64,000 nucleotides of DNA from the human T2T-CHM13v2.0 reference genome, Homo sapiens (GCF_009914755.1 NC_060937.1); one strand, 5' to 3'; counted from the first letter of the stretch, positions 15,398-35,839 are shown. Made by a program: numbers and translations. Notes: generated from the letters alone by a model not told the origin.

Positions 15398-15572
15398 AAT
15401 TAGCTGGGAGTGGTGGCATGTGCCTATAATCCCAGCTACCAGGAGGCTGAGGCAAGAGAATCACTGGAACCCGGGAGGCAGAGGCTGCAGTGAGCCAAGA
15501 TCGCGCCACTGCACTACAGCCTGGGTGACAGAGCAAAACTCCATCTCAAAAAAAAAAAAAAAAAGGAAAAAC
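15398..15572 (+). mobile_element. 5'-truncated Alu (right arm)
   Basis: Perfect 15-bp TSD gaaaggcaggaaggt at 15383 and 15573. Confidence 0.92.
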
Positions 15573-15935
15573 GAAAGGCAGGAAGGTCTCTGCTGGGCAG
15601 CAGGGACTGATACAGGTCAACCAGACCCATAAGAGGTGAAAGGCCGCCCCTTGAAAGAAACCTTTTGATTTCCCCCAGTGGTTCAAACAGACTTACTGGG
15701 CAACAAGTCTTTGAATATTGACTTTCAAATGAAAATAAACACAGCAAGGCAGCTCTGCGTCAGCAGATATGCTCCCAGCGTGCTGATACCGCTAGGTGAG
15801 CAGCAGGGAGCCCAAGCCGGAAGAAAAACATGCAGCAGGGCCAGCACCGAGTTCTGCAGGTGTCCCTTACTTTTCATTAACATGAAGCTCCCAGATTCCC
15901 GCTTATGCCTCATACCTCTTAAAAACGCAGGCTCA

Positions 15936-16525
<590 letters not shown>

Positions 16526-16819
16526 ATCTTAAGTAATTAATTTATATATATATATAATATTTGTATAAACTAGGCACTGTTTTAGGTGTTGGAGAAATAG
16601 CAGTAGGTAAAACAATCAAAAATATTCCTGAGGTGTGCAGGCAACAATGATTGGGGTTGGAGAGCGGGCATGGCATGGAATAAATACTAGCACCCACTTT
16701 ACATGGGCGTCCTGAGGACTGAAGTGGGTCATTTTGCATAAAATGGGCGGCACAGGACCTGGCCCATAGTAAGAGATTGACACACAGTAGGTATATATAC
16801 AGGCAGGCTCCATGGTGTA

Positions 16820-17197
16820 TTTAATATTACATATTATCATTTAATAATGTTTAAAATTAAATATATAAAAATATTTTTAAAAATATATTAAAAATATATA
16901 TAATAAATTTTAAAAAATTATTTTTATATTATATATTATTTTGTATACTAGATAATATATAATTGTATAATAGATAATATATAATATTCCATTATGTATT
17001 CTATTATATATTATACTAAAATATAATATACTATAGTATATAGATAGTATAATATATATTATATGATAATATATAATACTATACTATAAATACTACCATA
17101 TGTATTATAGTATATATTACAGTATATTATATATTATCATTTTATAATATATATATTACGTAGTTATATATATATATATGTATATAAAAATATATAT
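16820..17197. repeat. AT-rich (TA)n-derived low-complexity tract
   Basis: Almost entirely A/T, with degenerate tatata/ataat units. Confidence 0.92.
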
Positions 17198-17659
17198 GGG
17201 CAGGCTCCATGGTGTATTCTGTGTAGCACACAGTATCCAACAGTCTTCATAAATAACCATCTCCCATTGCTAACAGCAGAAAGTAAAATACTCTAGAAAA
17301 AATGACTAGAAGCAAATATTATAGTTGCTAAAGTGTTTACTAGTTTCCAAGCATTAAATATGTATGCCATGACCACTTTTGAATGGGCTTATCATGTTTT
17401 TAACCTAGTGATAAGATCAAAAAGTATTTTCTTAGCTTATATTTATATTTTCTACTTAACAGACTTTATAAAATTGTTTCTATTAGATATGTGCTTATTT
17501 TGACTTTGGGCATTAATTTAACAACCTACAACTTTTAAAGCAGAAGGGACAATTTGGTTTCCATCTAGACTGACTATATCATCAACATGAAGTCAACTTT
17601 CTCACTTGCACTATAATATACCACATCATCCTTCCAAAAGAGCTCTGTACAGTCTTTCT

Positions 17660-18278
<619 letters not shown>

Positions 18279-19297
18279 ATCTTTCTTTTAAATAGGGATT
18301 TGAGATTCCGTTTAAGTTTAGAGGAAATTTAGGGTTAAAACTATTTTAGGAACCAAATTAAGAATGTGGATGTTGGGATGATGCCACATTGGTTGTTGCA
18401 AACTGGGACAATGTTTTCAAGTAACACTTTAATAATCACTTTAAAGATCAGCAGACCCAACACTGGCAAGCTTGAAATCCAACTGTGCTAACACATGACT
18501 CCTGAAGGTGTACTGGCAATTTTTACAATGCCACTCAGCAAAATGTTATCAAGAGCTGGAAAGGGGCTTACATCTAGTAATTCCCTATGAATGAACTTGC
18601 CCTGAAGAAAGTCACAAAAAGCATGGAAGAATGAGATAGAGGGATGATCAACCAAGTTTAACTTACAATCGCACAGTACTGGAAGTAGCCATAAGATCAT
18701 TATTTTCTATGTGATATTTGACTTAGTTGATACATCCACTTGACAGACTCTTACACAGCCACTAGAAAGTGTTAAATGTTGATTAATATAAGTAGAATAT
18801 GACACTGTATCTATAAAGACACACTATCATTACAATTATAAATATTATATGTGGAAAAAAGGCTGGAGGTAAATATATTAAAATGTCACAAATGGGTATT
18901 AGAGGAATTGAATTAGGCATGTCTTCCTCTTTGTAGCATGCAAACTTTGTTAATATTTATAGATAATATTTTTTAAAGGGAGGGTTTCTGTCCTAAAGAA
19001 CCCTGGAAGGAAAACTGGCTGGCCCAGCCCTGGGGACAGAGCATTGAGTATGTCAGTGTTGAGACAGGGATGCTGGGGCTGCCCCTGCGCTCTCCCACGG
19101 CACACAGTTCATCAAGAAGTCATGGACCAAGCTGTTACCAAGAACTACATTTTCCTACACTGCTGCAAGAACACACCAGGTGACCTCCCCATCCACTCCC
19201 TAACACCTAAGTCAAAATCGCAACACAGCTAGATCCCAGCCTTCCAGACTTAAAGACATTATGAAGAAGAAACATTTACTTCTTTGAAAAAATGCAC

Positions 19298-19588
19298 GGC
19301 CAGGCATGGTGGCTCATGTCTATAATCCCAGCACTTTGGGAGGCCAAGGCAGGCGGACCTGAGGTGAGTTTGAGACCAGCTTGGCCAGCATGGTGAAACC
19401 CTGTCTCTACTAAAAATATAAAAATTATCCGGGTGTAGCAGTGGGCACCTGTAATCCTAGCTACTTGGGAGGCTGAGGCAGGAGAATCACTTGAACCCAG
19501 GAGGCAGAGGTTGCAGTAAGCCAAGATCAGTGAGCCAACAATCCAGCCTGGGTGACAAGAATGAAACTCTGTCTCAAAAAAAAAAAAA
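19298..19588 (+). mobile_element. AluS-like
   Basis: Dimer with A tail. Confidence 0.92.
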
Positions 19589-20504
19589 TTACCGTCTTCC
19601 ATTGGCAGGTGGTTGTGAAGGGGGAAAAGCCAAAATGCCCAAACTGAAAGGTAAAGTAGAAATTCAGGCTAACGCTGACCTTGAGCCAGGCTTCCTGGCA
19701 AAGATCAAAGCCTGTTGCCTTCTAACATTCTGCTCCAGCACACATAACTTCATACTCCACCCCACAAGGTAGAGGCCAAAGAGAACAAATCATGGTGGAG
19801 TACTTTCCTAATGCTCCTGCAGGTCCCACGATGTCTGAGACACAGGCAGGTCACTGCCTCGTCCATCACTGCAGGGCCTGCCAGCGCAAATCATGCCAAT
19901 AACCTGCCGTTCGTGGATGCTGCGGGGACCCACAATGCTGGCCATGTTTAGTCCTCACCTGCAGGCACACTGAATGCAATGAGGATGCCCTCCTCTTCTA
20001 AGACTTTATTTTACTGTCCTTCTTATGTTTTGACTTAGCATTTTTTCAAGTCCTATTTGGTCACAGAAGAAGATAAATACATAATTACAGATTAAGAGAA
20101 AAACTTGCCTGTCTCTTGAATGTATAACATTTTTCATTACTTGCTCATATTATATCTTTGAAGCTATACATACTACAAAAAAAAAGCCAAGCAAATAAAT
20201 AAAAATACAGCTTCACAGAAATAAGACCTCGTGCCCAGTTCTGTAAGCACACTATTTGAATAAAGCAAGAGCAAGCCATCAGAAAAGTAAGGGCTGTGGC
20301 AGGAAGCTAGTAGAACATTAGGACAGAATGTTTTCACACTTCGCAAGTGAAAACTGAAGGCTCGTGCTTCCAGATGATCTCGTGAGTGTGTGAGGTGGGC
20401 TTGCCCCAGTCCATCCAGAGTCCCACGCACCTTAGTAATGTCATACCACTCAGCAACAAATTACCAATCAACACAACCACACAAGCCACGTCAAATTCAT
20501 TTTA

Positions 20505-21340
<836 letters not shown>

Positions 21341-21932
21341 TTACTGACAGTGTCTGAAGGTCCTTTTCAAAATGATTAGCATTCTCTCCATTTTAAAGAT
21401 ATAGTTGAGATGCAAATTCTGATCATCTACATAGACAATATCCATTTAACTTCTCGATTTCAGCTATTGCAGATTGTTCTGACTTTGTGTAAGGAAACCC
21501 CATTTAAACTTCGTAACTCTATAAATCATTCCCATGGCTCCCACCAGCTACTGTGATCTCCGGTTTTAAGTTCCAGAGATTAGATAAGGCCTCGACATAG
21601 TGGCTAATGAGCTTTAATGTGCTTTAAAAGTCAAGGCTTGAGACCAGCTTTTCAGAGTAAACTTATTTTTCCAGAACAGTAGGTTTTCTTGCCAGGCAAG
21701 ATTTGATTTCAAAATTGCACTAAGTTCTAGAAATTCAGGTTTCTTTCTTGCGTGCTCCCGGATTTCAGCAGAGTATTAGGAAACGTCCTGACCCAGGCTC
21801 CCCGCCCTCTAGGGTTGGGTAGAAAACAATCCACTGGGGAAAACCACACTCCCATTACTGGGCTTCGCCCCCTGGGGCTGGGCAGATCCGACAGTGGGAT
21901 TATTTTTAGTTGAAGCATTGTGGCAAGCAGTC

Positions 21933-21970
<38 letters not shown>

Positions 21971-21987
21971 CGCACGCACACACGCGT
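21933..21987. repeat. Compound (TG)n(CG)n(CA)n alternating purine-pyrimidine tract
   Basis: Read directly from the sequence. Confidence 0.93.
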
Positions 21988-22084
21988 CTCCTCAAACTCT
22001 GCCTCCTGCTTGTGAACAATTCCCTAAATAGTAATAATTTTCTTTTTATAAGAAAACCACAGCAACATATTTTATAAGAAAACT

Positions 22085-22520
22085 GTAGCAACATAGATGG
22101 CATTGGAGATCATTATATTAAGCGAAGTAAGCCAGGCACAGAAAGGCGAAGATCCCATGTTCTCACTCATGTAGGGGAGCTAAAGCAGTGGGTCTCATGG
22201 AGGTAGAGAGTAGAATGGTGGACACCCGCAGCCGGCAGTTACCAGGAAGGGGAAGGAGCGATGAAGAGAAGCTGGTTAATGAGTACAAAATACAGTTCGC
22301 TAGAAGGAGTAAGGTCTAGCATTCAATAATACAGTAGGGAAATTAGAGTTAATAATGTTATATATTTCAAAATAGAAGATTTATAGTGTTCCCAACACAA
22401 TAAAAGATAAACGTGTGAGGTTCTGGATATCCTAATACACCGGGATTTTACCATGACACACTGAACACACAAATCAATCACACATGAATCCCAAATATGT
22501 ACAATTAAGATACAGCAAGT
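22085..22520 (+). mobile_element. L1MA-like 3' end
   Basis: aagccaggcacagaaag...catgttctcactcatgt...gaggtagagagtagaatggtgg. Confidence 0.8.
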
Positions 22521-22522
22521 AA

Positions 22523-23314
<792 letters not shown>

Positions 23315-23647
23315 AAAATACAGCAATTAATTTTTTTTTAAAAAAGAAAACTGTCTCCAAGTAGCCTAGATTGATTTTTCTACACTGAGAACCTTCCCTT
23401 GTATAAATCAGAAAAAGGAGCTGTGAGAGCTGCTAAGAGGGTGCCACTGGCAAAAAGTCTGTGGACCCTGAGATGAGGCAGCACCACAGGGCAGGTGAGT
23501 GGTTGCCAGCAGATGAGTGGTTGCAGCCCGGCAGAGGCTGCGGACTTTGGGAACCTCAGCTTTAATGGAATTCTTAGACGGAAGCTTCTTTCAGGTTTGC
23601 CATCAAATGGTGACTATCACAATTTTTTAAGTCTAAAAATTATATGT

Positions 23648-23835
23648 CTCACTTGAGGTCAGGAGTTCGAGACCAGCCTGGCCAACATAGTGAAACCCTG
23701 TTTCTACTAAAAATACAAAAATCAGCTGGGTGTAGTGGCAGATGCATGTAATCCCAGCTAATTGGGAGGCTGAGGCACGATAATCGCTTGAACCCAGGAG
23801 GCAGAGGTTGCAGTGAGCCAAGATTGTGCCACTTC
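23648..23835 (+). mobile_element. Alu internal fragment
   Basis: Truncated at both ends. Confidence 0.88.
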
Positions 23836-24207
23836 TCTCTGATACAGCCCCGAGCACATCGTACAGCAGGAAATGTTCTAAGTTTTAAATAAAAACCATG
23901 ATGCAAAATTCTATTTACAGTATAATCTCAAATGTATTAGAAAGAGAGAAAATAAACAGGAGAAGTGGAAACATATAAATACACAAAAATCTTCAGTATT
24001 TTTGGAATAATGAACCTAAACAGGATTGTCCTAAACTTTCTTTACAACACAGAGATGTTTAATTAGGTAAGATACATGTTTAACATTACATTGTGTTAGA
24101 AACACTAATGTACTTTAACAAACATGTGGGGCAGCATTAGGTAGGTTTCACTCTGGGGGTTTCATTTACTTGTTTGTTTGGTAAACCTGAGACACTAATA
24201 TGCACTA

Positions 24208-24524
<317 letters not shown>

Positions 24525-24579
24525 TAGTTTTAAAATTCAGAGGATTAAATTTGCTTTACATCATATAAAGAAATGTGTA

Positions 24580-24936
<357 letters not shown>

Positions 24937-25090
24937 TCAGTTAACTGGCAAAAATGAACTGCTGATTCTTTTTTCTTACTCATCTTTCCTTCTGATTCAT
25001 TTCATTCTCCTACTAAATACCTTCCTTGCAGGATTCTAATCAGGACTTAGATTGAAATCCAAACCCTTTAGTTCTTTATTTTTTTTATAA

Positions 25091-25484
<394 letters not shown>

Positions 25485-26840
25485 TAAGCACTGTGTATTA
25501 CTCAATTCACCTAAGTAATTCTTCAGGTTGGCATTCGTAGCATGGCGACTTGGTTTCCACCTTGGACCAGCCTTTCCTACCTTTCCAATGGGTCTGTAAC
25601 GTGGCCTTACAAACATCCTCAAAGGGACTTCTCATCTCATTCATCTCTTCCTCCCACACAATCCTCCCACCCCCACCCCAAAATCCACTTGTCAAAAGTC
25701 AAGACAAGCTCTAATCCTACCTGCATTAAACCTTCCCGAAGCCTCCCGGTCAGAACTATTCCTACCCACTCCTTTCTCTGGTACTGGAGGTACAACAATT
25801 TCTGAAGAATATAAACTCTCATAGGAATTAAACCTACTAGTTTACATCATCTTTCTCTAGTTTCCTCTCCTCATCCGGCTTGGCTCTGTGTTCTACATAA
25901 TAGATATGGCTCAACATGTCATGCCTTGTAAATACACTCATTTAATCTATAAAATAAAGATAGACTGTAGTTAAAGAGCAGTTTTCACTAGTGCCAACCA
26001 TGTACAGAATGCCATATACTGCCCCATGTCATTCTTTATTACCAAAATTGTTATAAATGGCCACATTATAAAATAATTACCATTTCCTGAGCATTTTCTG
26101 TGTGCCAAGTACCATGTAAGCGCTTTACATGCCTTCTAAATTCACATATTCCCCCCAAATTACTCTTTAACAGAAAAACTTGCCTTATTACCCAAGTCTA
26201 TTATAATGTTCTCATATTATGGAGGGTTCACCACTTTATAAAAAACAATATACTCTTTGAGGGAGACACATTAACCAGAACTAATTCAGTTAGGGTAGTT
26301 TTGGATGTTTATAGAAATCATATGATAAACTATCAAAAAAATGGGATGGGGAGACAAAGAAATTTAACATGGATAGATGAATTATTCCTAGGGGATGACT
26401 TTACAATTGTTACTGCTAGGAAATTTATAAAGTAGCTATAGAAAGATTCTTTAAAAGAAAAAAAAAAAAGCACAGCAAGTTGCCATGCTATGGAATCACA
26501 AGTGTATTATTACAAAAGGAAAAAACATCTAAATGTTTGAGAATTAGTCTTTGAGGCTGGGGATAAAATTTGCAGTGCCAGCATTGTAGATGGGTTCAAA
26601 AAGCTCTGCATAGCAAACATCTCCAAGAGGCAAAGGTAACATGGTCTGGGAACTCTGTTCAGAGAGACTCGAAAAGTGATTGTAATGAAGACAAACATGC
26701 TGAAGTTGGAGATATCAGCCCAGAGTTTGAACAAAAGCATTCTGTGAAATGTGAAAGTAGAAATATTATAATAATAGATCACTTATTAATATTTCAATCA
26801 CATTATATAACTAAATACTTTCCTTAAAAACTAAACTCAC

Positions 26841-27448
<608 letters not shown>

Positions 27449-28578
27449 CTCTTATAGCACCTGCAACTACGGGTAGAAACAGGTGGCACTGGGAACTCAT
27501 TAGGAGCCCTCAGGTCTCTTTAAAGTCCCTTCAACTTCATACAAACTTCACCATATCAAGAGATAGAGGATAATATATTAGAAAGAGATAAGAAGTTGAA
27601 AAACAGTCCTCTCCTTGTGTTCTGTTGTGACACACATTTGTTTAATGAATTTTTAGCAAATTGAGAATTTAACAATTTTAAGAAATTTTAGAGTCATAGA
27701 GACCTAAAACCTCCATCTTCTGTATTTGACCCGAATCTTAGAGCAGCAAATGACCAGAGAACACACACAGCCTTTTCGGTTTGCTTCCAAATTCTCAGCT
27801 AGAATATCAACAGAGTAACGACGTGAAATGTGCAAATCTCAGAACACAAAATATCAAGGAAAGATACTGGGAATAATGACTCTTTTAGCTTTAGGTAAAT
27901 TTGCATAAACCTTATAGCAGTAAGTGCAGCCTTTGAAAAGACAAGGGTATGCCTCAGGATTCTTCAACAGGGCAGGGCCTGTGCGTGGGCACAGGAGCTC
28001 CAGGAGCGGGATGCCTGGAAAGAGGGCCAAGCCACAGGGGCTGCTCCCAGCTCCACCTGCAGGGACCACTCACCTCTCCAGGCTCATCCCGCTGTGCAAA
28101 CAACCCTCATGAGGATTTCTCTTTTTTAAAGTAAAGTTGTTGGAAAGGCTACATGCAAGTGAAAGGTTTTCTTTTTGATGATGTAAGCTTTTGCTCAATT
28201 ACATATGAGAACAATAATATAATCTGTCATTTGATAAGATGATAAAACAAAATAAAATAGTATTAGCAGTCCAGAAAACCTATTTTTGCTAAAACTGTTA
28301 ATGCCTCTAAAATACAACATTGTCACCAGAATCCCTAGTGGCCTCACGGATAAGGCATTGGTCTCTTGAAACAGAACATTGTCACGCTAGTTTGATGAGA
28401 ACCCAGGATAGAGGGTGTTTTGGGGATCACATTTCCTATCACATAAAACAAAATCCTGCCCTTGAAGATGCAAAATGCCCACACCTGCCACTGCTCTGTA
28501 TCCTGCCCTGTTCCTCCGGAGAGGCTGGGAGACAATGTCTCAGGCCCCACAGATGCGGCGCCAGTGTCCTTCACTCAC

Positions 28579-28705
28579 CTGAATGTGCATGGCGCCCTCT
28601 ACTGCTTCTTGGATATTGGGACAACCACTGATGAGTGACAGCTGCTCTTCCACACTCAGGGAGCCTTTCAGAGAACCTGCCTGCTCCAGCAACTTCATCT
28701 CCTTT
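28579..28705 (-). CDS. CRYL1: CRYL1 coding exon (exon 3, 127 nt)
   Basis: Acceptor ccttctctctgcctttccag|A AAG GAG ATG and donor ATT CAG|gtgagt. Translates [42 protein letters not shown], in frame with the upstream exon (AG|A = Arg). Confidence 0.96.
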
Positions 28706-28759
28706 CTGGAAAGGCAGAGAGAAGGATCACTGTGAGTATTCAACACCACATTTAAAAAC

Positions 28760-29830
<1,071 letters not shown>

Positions 29831-29962
29831 TACTTTTTTTAAAATGAAACAATCCTCATGGCAGGGGATGGGGTGGGGGGGCATGTTGGAAAACAGTGGT
29901 TCTTAATCCTCTTCCTTGGGTCAGTCCCCTGGGATGGAAGGATTGAAAGAAGGTACCTTATA

Positions 29963-30075
29963 GCAGAGTAGGCTTCGGGGCATGTGGTCTGTGCGGTCAC
30001 CCGGGCCACCATGCTCAGAAGGGCCTGTGCTGGGTTTACTGCTCTGCTGTTAGCTTCTTAAAATTCTTAATATAT
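29963..30075 (+). mobile_element. MER91A-like (hAT-Tip100) fragment
   Basis: gctcagaagggcc...tttactgctctgctgt...aaattcttaata. Confidence 0.65.
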
Positions 30076-30416
30076 TTTTGCTTTTTGGGTTTTGTTTTGT
30101 TTTGATTTGATTTTTTGCTTTGTTTTGTTTTTTGAGACAGGATCCTGCTCTGTCGCCCAGGCTGGAGTGCAGTGGCACAATCATGACTCGCCATAGCCTC
30201 GACCTCCCAGGATCAAGTGATCTCCCACCTCAGCCTCCCAAGTAGCAGGGACTACACATGCGTGCCACCACGCCTGACCAATTTTTTGTATTTTTTGGTA
30301 GAGACGGGGTTTCGCCATGTTGCCCAGGTTGATCTCTAACTCCTGGGCTCAACTGATCCTCCTGCCTTGGCCTCCCAAAGTGCTGGGATTATAAGCGTGA
30401 GCCACAGCACCTGGCC
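30076..30416 (-). mobile_element. AluJ-like
   Basis: Full dimer with a long decayed tail. Confidence 0.9.
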
Positions 30417-30715
30417 CTAAATTTTTTTAAAAGGAAGGAGAGAATCTTTGAGATGTTTTTCTCATATAAGTAATTTGGAAGATTCGTAATATATCAGCTT
30501 AAAAAAAATCTACTTATCTTAAAATAGGGCCATAAAACAGCTATCTTATTTTGGACAATTATAAGGACAAACATGCTGATCCCTGCTCAGATCTCATCAC
30601 CCACAAAACAACTCAGTGTTAAGTACCAAATATCCTGGACCACCATCCCCAGTGAGCAGGCATTTTCAAATTTTCATATAGAACAAATTCCTTGAATTAG
30701 AGGCTTATAAAGTTA

Positions 30716-31105
<390 letters not shown>

Positions 31106-31549
31106 CTATGAGGTGTCTTAGCAACAGATTAGAAATTTAAGATTTCTAATAGCTAAATCAAAAAAGAACTGGTCCAAGGTAAGTGCCAGTAAATAGATAT
31201 TTGAAACATCATGGAGGGAAATATAACAAAAAGGGTCATGAGAAAAGGTTCCTCTATTAAGGTAAAAAGGAAACGCAGACATTCATGGGTCCTACAGGGT
31301 CCTGCGATTCAGCATCAACAGCACTCAGCACACTTCCCTGAACACAGACTGTGCCTCTTAAGTGGCTTTATTCAGGAAAAGAGAGCACCATGTGATCCAA
31401 AGCTCATTTATCATTCACTGTGTAGTATGTTTTGATCCATCTTTGAAAATGTTGTTACACAACTCTGTAAACATACTATAAAACCACTGAATTGGACGTG
31501 TCAAATGAGTCAATTGTATGACATGTAAATTTATCTCAATAAAGCAGTA

Positions 31550-31945
31550 GCATTAATATCTTATTGCTACTGTAACAAATTATCACAAACAGTGGCTTAA
31601 ACAATACAAATGTATTATCTTACAGTTCTAGAGGTCAGAAACCCCAAGTAGACTAACATCAAAGCGTCAGCAGGGAACGCACTCTTTCTGGAGGTTTCAG
31701 GGAGAATGCATTCCTGGCCTGTCTCAGCTTCTAGAGGCTGCCTGCATCCATGGCTCATGACCCCTTCCCCCTCCATAGCCAGCCAACCCTGCCCCACCTG
31801 TTTCTGCCATCATGTCTCCTTCCTCCTTTATCCCTCTAAGGACCCATGTGATTACACCAGGCCAAGCCAGCTATTCCAGGATAACCTCCCCATCTTGCCA
31901 TTCTTAATTCAATTACATCTGCAACGTCCCATTTGCCATGTAAAG
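31550..31945 (-). mobile_element. MLT1 (MaLR) LTR
   Basis: tgctactgtaacaaattatcacaaac...ggcttaaacaa...cttacagttctagaggtcagaa...ccaggataacctccccatct. Confidence 0.8.
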
Positions 31946-32588
31946 TTCTGGCTCATCCAAAGCTATGCCAAAAATCTGGACATCTAACTGTGGTTGCAGG
32001 TATATTGTTCTGAGGATGATATGCAATTTGCTCCTGCCAGGCACTTGGGGGCGCTACCAACCAAGGAACCAATCTGAATTCTTGGCTTGGGGGTTTTCCA
32101 GATGACACAGGTAGTATGAATTTGAGGATTGCTCTATGGTTATAAATTCTCAGAGAAACTCTTCCTCCCCTCCACTCAGAGTCAATGCCCCCACCGGTGA
32201 CCCTCCATTTAGGGGATCCAAGTTCTCTTTTTCGCCAATGATGTAGCTGTTAGAGAACTCTAGCTTCTGTCAGAGATCTCCAGTTAGATTCCCATCTTGC
32301 ACAGACTCGGGTTGGCTGTTACAATCGAAGCTCTAGATTAGCAAGACTGAGCAGCCGCCAGCTGTGGCTGTCAAGCACCCCTTGGAACTGGTCCTCCGAG
32401 GCAGGCCTCTGAAATTCTCCATTACCTTCTTGCCATGTGAGCTTACTACCATGACTTCCACGGACTGGACCCCACATGTGAATCTGGGCCAATGGCAGAG
32501 GCCCATAGGCAGCCGGTGGTGGCTGCAGTAACCAGCCCAAGGGAAGCCTGAGCCCTATAGCGACAGGGCGGTCAGAAATGCAGACCCA

Positions 32589-32910
32589 GGCCAGGCGCGG
32601 TGGCTCACACCTGTAATCCCAGCACTTTGGGAGGCCGAGGTGGGCAGATTACCTGAGCTCAGGAGTTTGAGACCAGCCTGGCAAACATGGTGAAACCCCG
32701 ATTCTACTAAAAATACAAAAATTAGCCAGGTGAGGCTGCACATCCCTGTAATCCCAGCTACTTAGGAGGCTAAGGCAGGACAATCACTTGAACCTGGGAG
32801 GTGGATATTTCAGTGAGCCAAGATCACGCCACTGCACTCCAGCCTGGGCGACAGAGCTAAACTCCATCAGAAGAAGAAGAAGAAGAAAGAAGGAGAAGGA
32901 GAAGGAGAAG
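32589..32910 (+). mobile_element. Alu with (AGA)n/(GGAGAA)n tail
   Basis: TSD agaaatgcagac. Confidence 0.92.
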
Positions 32911-34719
32911 AAATGCAGACTTCCACAGTGGGCAGACTGGTTGAGGGCAGGAAGGAGCAACAGAAACACAGCCCGTAGTGGAGTCACCATGACCACAGGC
33001 CATAAAAAGTCAAGACTTTAGAAAAGGACACAGCCACCCTATAACTGCTGTGAGCTGCCAGAGCCACTGGCTGACTATCAGAGGCTCAGGTGTCCCCTGA
33101 ACAATGTCTGTTTCTGAGACAAAGATGCAGCCGCAGAGATGGTGTCCTGTATCTCTTACTCCCTCGCCTGGTATCACAATCAACCCTCATCAAGAGCAGA
33201 AATCAGAGTACCCTGTCCTTTATAGCCTGAAAGGGCCTAGCGCAGACTTTGTTTGGAGATTACAACACATTTGAATTTTTCAGTTTTTAACTATACGATT
33301 TATATAAGTTTGACCTGCAGCAGTGGCTAAGCCTTGGAGTCAACATTGGTAAAAGACAACCACACTGCCCATAAACACAACCAGAAGAAAAACATTCATA
33401 TGGCAGAAGAGCTATTTGTAGCTACCAAGCAAAAACTCACTTCAGCTTAATTGAAAGTTTTTTGTGTTACGGAGGAATAAGTGAGATGTTTAATACTGCG
33501 CCCATTGCTTTTCTAAGACTATTTCCTTTTCATAATTTATTTAAGAAATTTTAAATGTAGAAAGAATAATAAACATCCTCATCTCTCCACCCTCCAGAAC
33601 TAACCACCGCCAATCCTCTTTGTCACTTTTTAAGTAAACAAAACCTAAATGAATCTCTTAGCGCCATCATCCCAGCCTCACCCAACCATCTTTCCACTGA
33701 ACACACACAGGGTCTCTGGATGCCAAGGTCTGGGAACATAGTGAGTAACCATTGCATCCTTTAGGAAACTATGTCTGAGCGCCTGATGTGCTCAAAGCAC
33801 CTGCTCCAAGCCTTAGTAGGCCAGCTGTGCGTCTTCAAACCTTTCCACTAATCCAAAGCAAACTTTTAGCCTTTTTTCCCAAAAGTACTGCATGAGATTA
33901 GACAGATAATGGGAGAACAGGAGTCTCTTGTTCCTCGATCCTCCAGGGACCACCCCGGAATGAGAATGTCCCATGGAGACAGCAAGCAGTGGCAAGAAAA
34001 GACACAACCACTCGCCTCTTTCAGAGCAGACTCAGGCTGAGGAATGTGCAGTGGTGGTTCTGCCTCAGGCCCTTCCTCCCTGGGCAGCACACACAGGTAG
34101 GACAGAGAACCTGGGCATGAGGGAGAGACACGGTCACACATGAACCCATCAGCCAACTGCAAACTCCAGGACCCTGCTGTGTGGTCCCGAGGGACGTCCA
34201 GTGAAAGCTGCGGAGGAGCTTCCGACATCTGCAGACAGACCCCTGTGTTCTCTTTAGGGCCAACAAATCCACATGCCACAAATCAAACCCAGCCTTTTGG
34301 CAACATTTTGTCCCAGTTAGATTAATTCCAGTTTTTTTTATTCTTTTGGAAGAACTTCTGCATCAAGCTTTGTAGAAGACGTACATAAACACCTAGAAAA
34401 GATGTGCCAATCAACCGGGATTTTCAAATGCCACACACATACCAGGCTGTGGCATTGCCACACTTAACAGTTAACGTCAGGTTAGAGGCACTAGTAGAAG
34501 GCTGCAATGTGCCAGTTCTACCTCTAGAGGTCAGCCTAACACTAGGACTCAAAATACTGGCTCCTAACCAGTAAAGTTAAATTTTTACTTAAAATTAGAG
34601 AAAAGGAAATGTTAACAATTCTCACGGTAGGACAGGGTATGGGTGATTTTAATTTTTTTTAATGTTTCTATCTTTGAAATGTACTCAAAAGGAGCATGTA
34701 TTTATTTTTAAAAAAGACT

Positions 34720-35600
<881 letters not shown>

Positions 35601-35839
35601 TTCATGAGAACTAGAATTTAGAAATAAGTCGATTTAGGGTATAACAAGCTCATAGATTTTACAGAATGACTTAGAAAATCGTTTTGGCTAGTATATTCCA
35701 GTTAATTCATGCAATAATCTAGGTCCTGGACTTTGAATTACACACAGTAACATAAAGCACATCTATTTATCTCTGCTCCCTCCAGAAACCTTAGTAAAAC
35801 CAGGCTAATAATGGATCTTTTTTTAAAAGCATAGACCTG

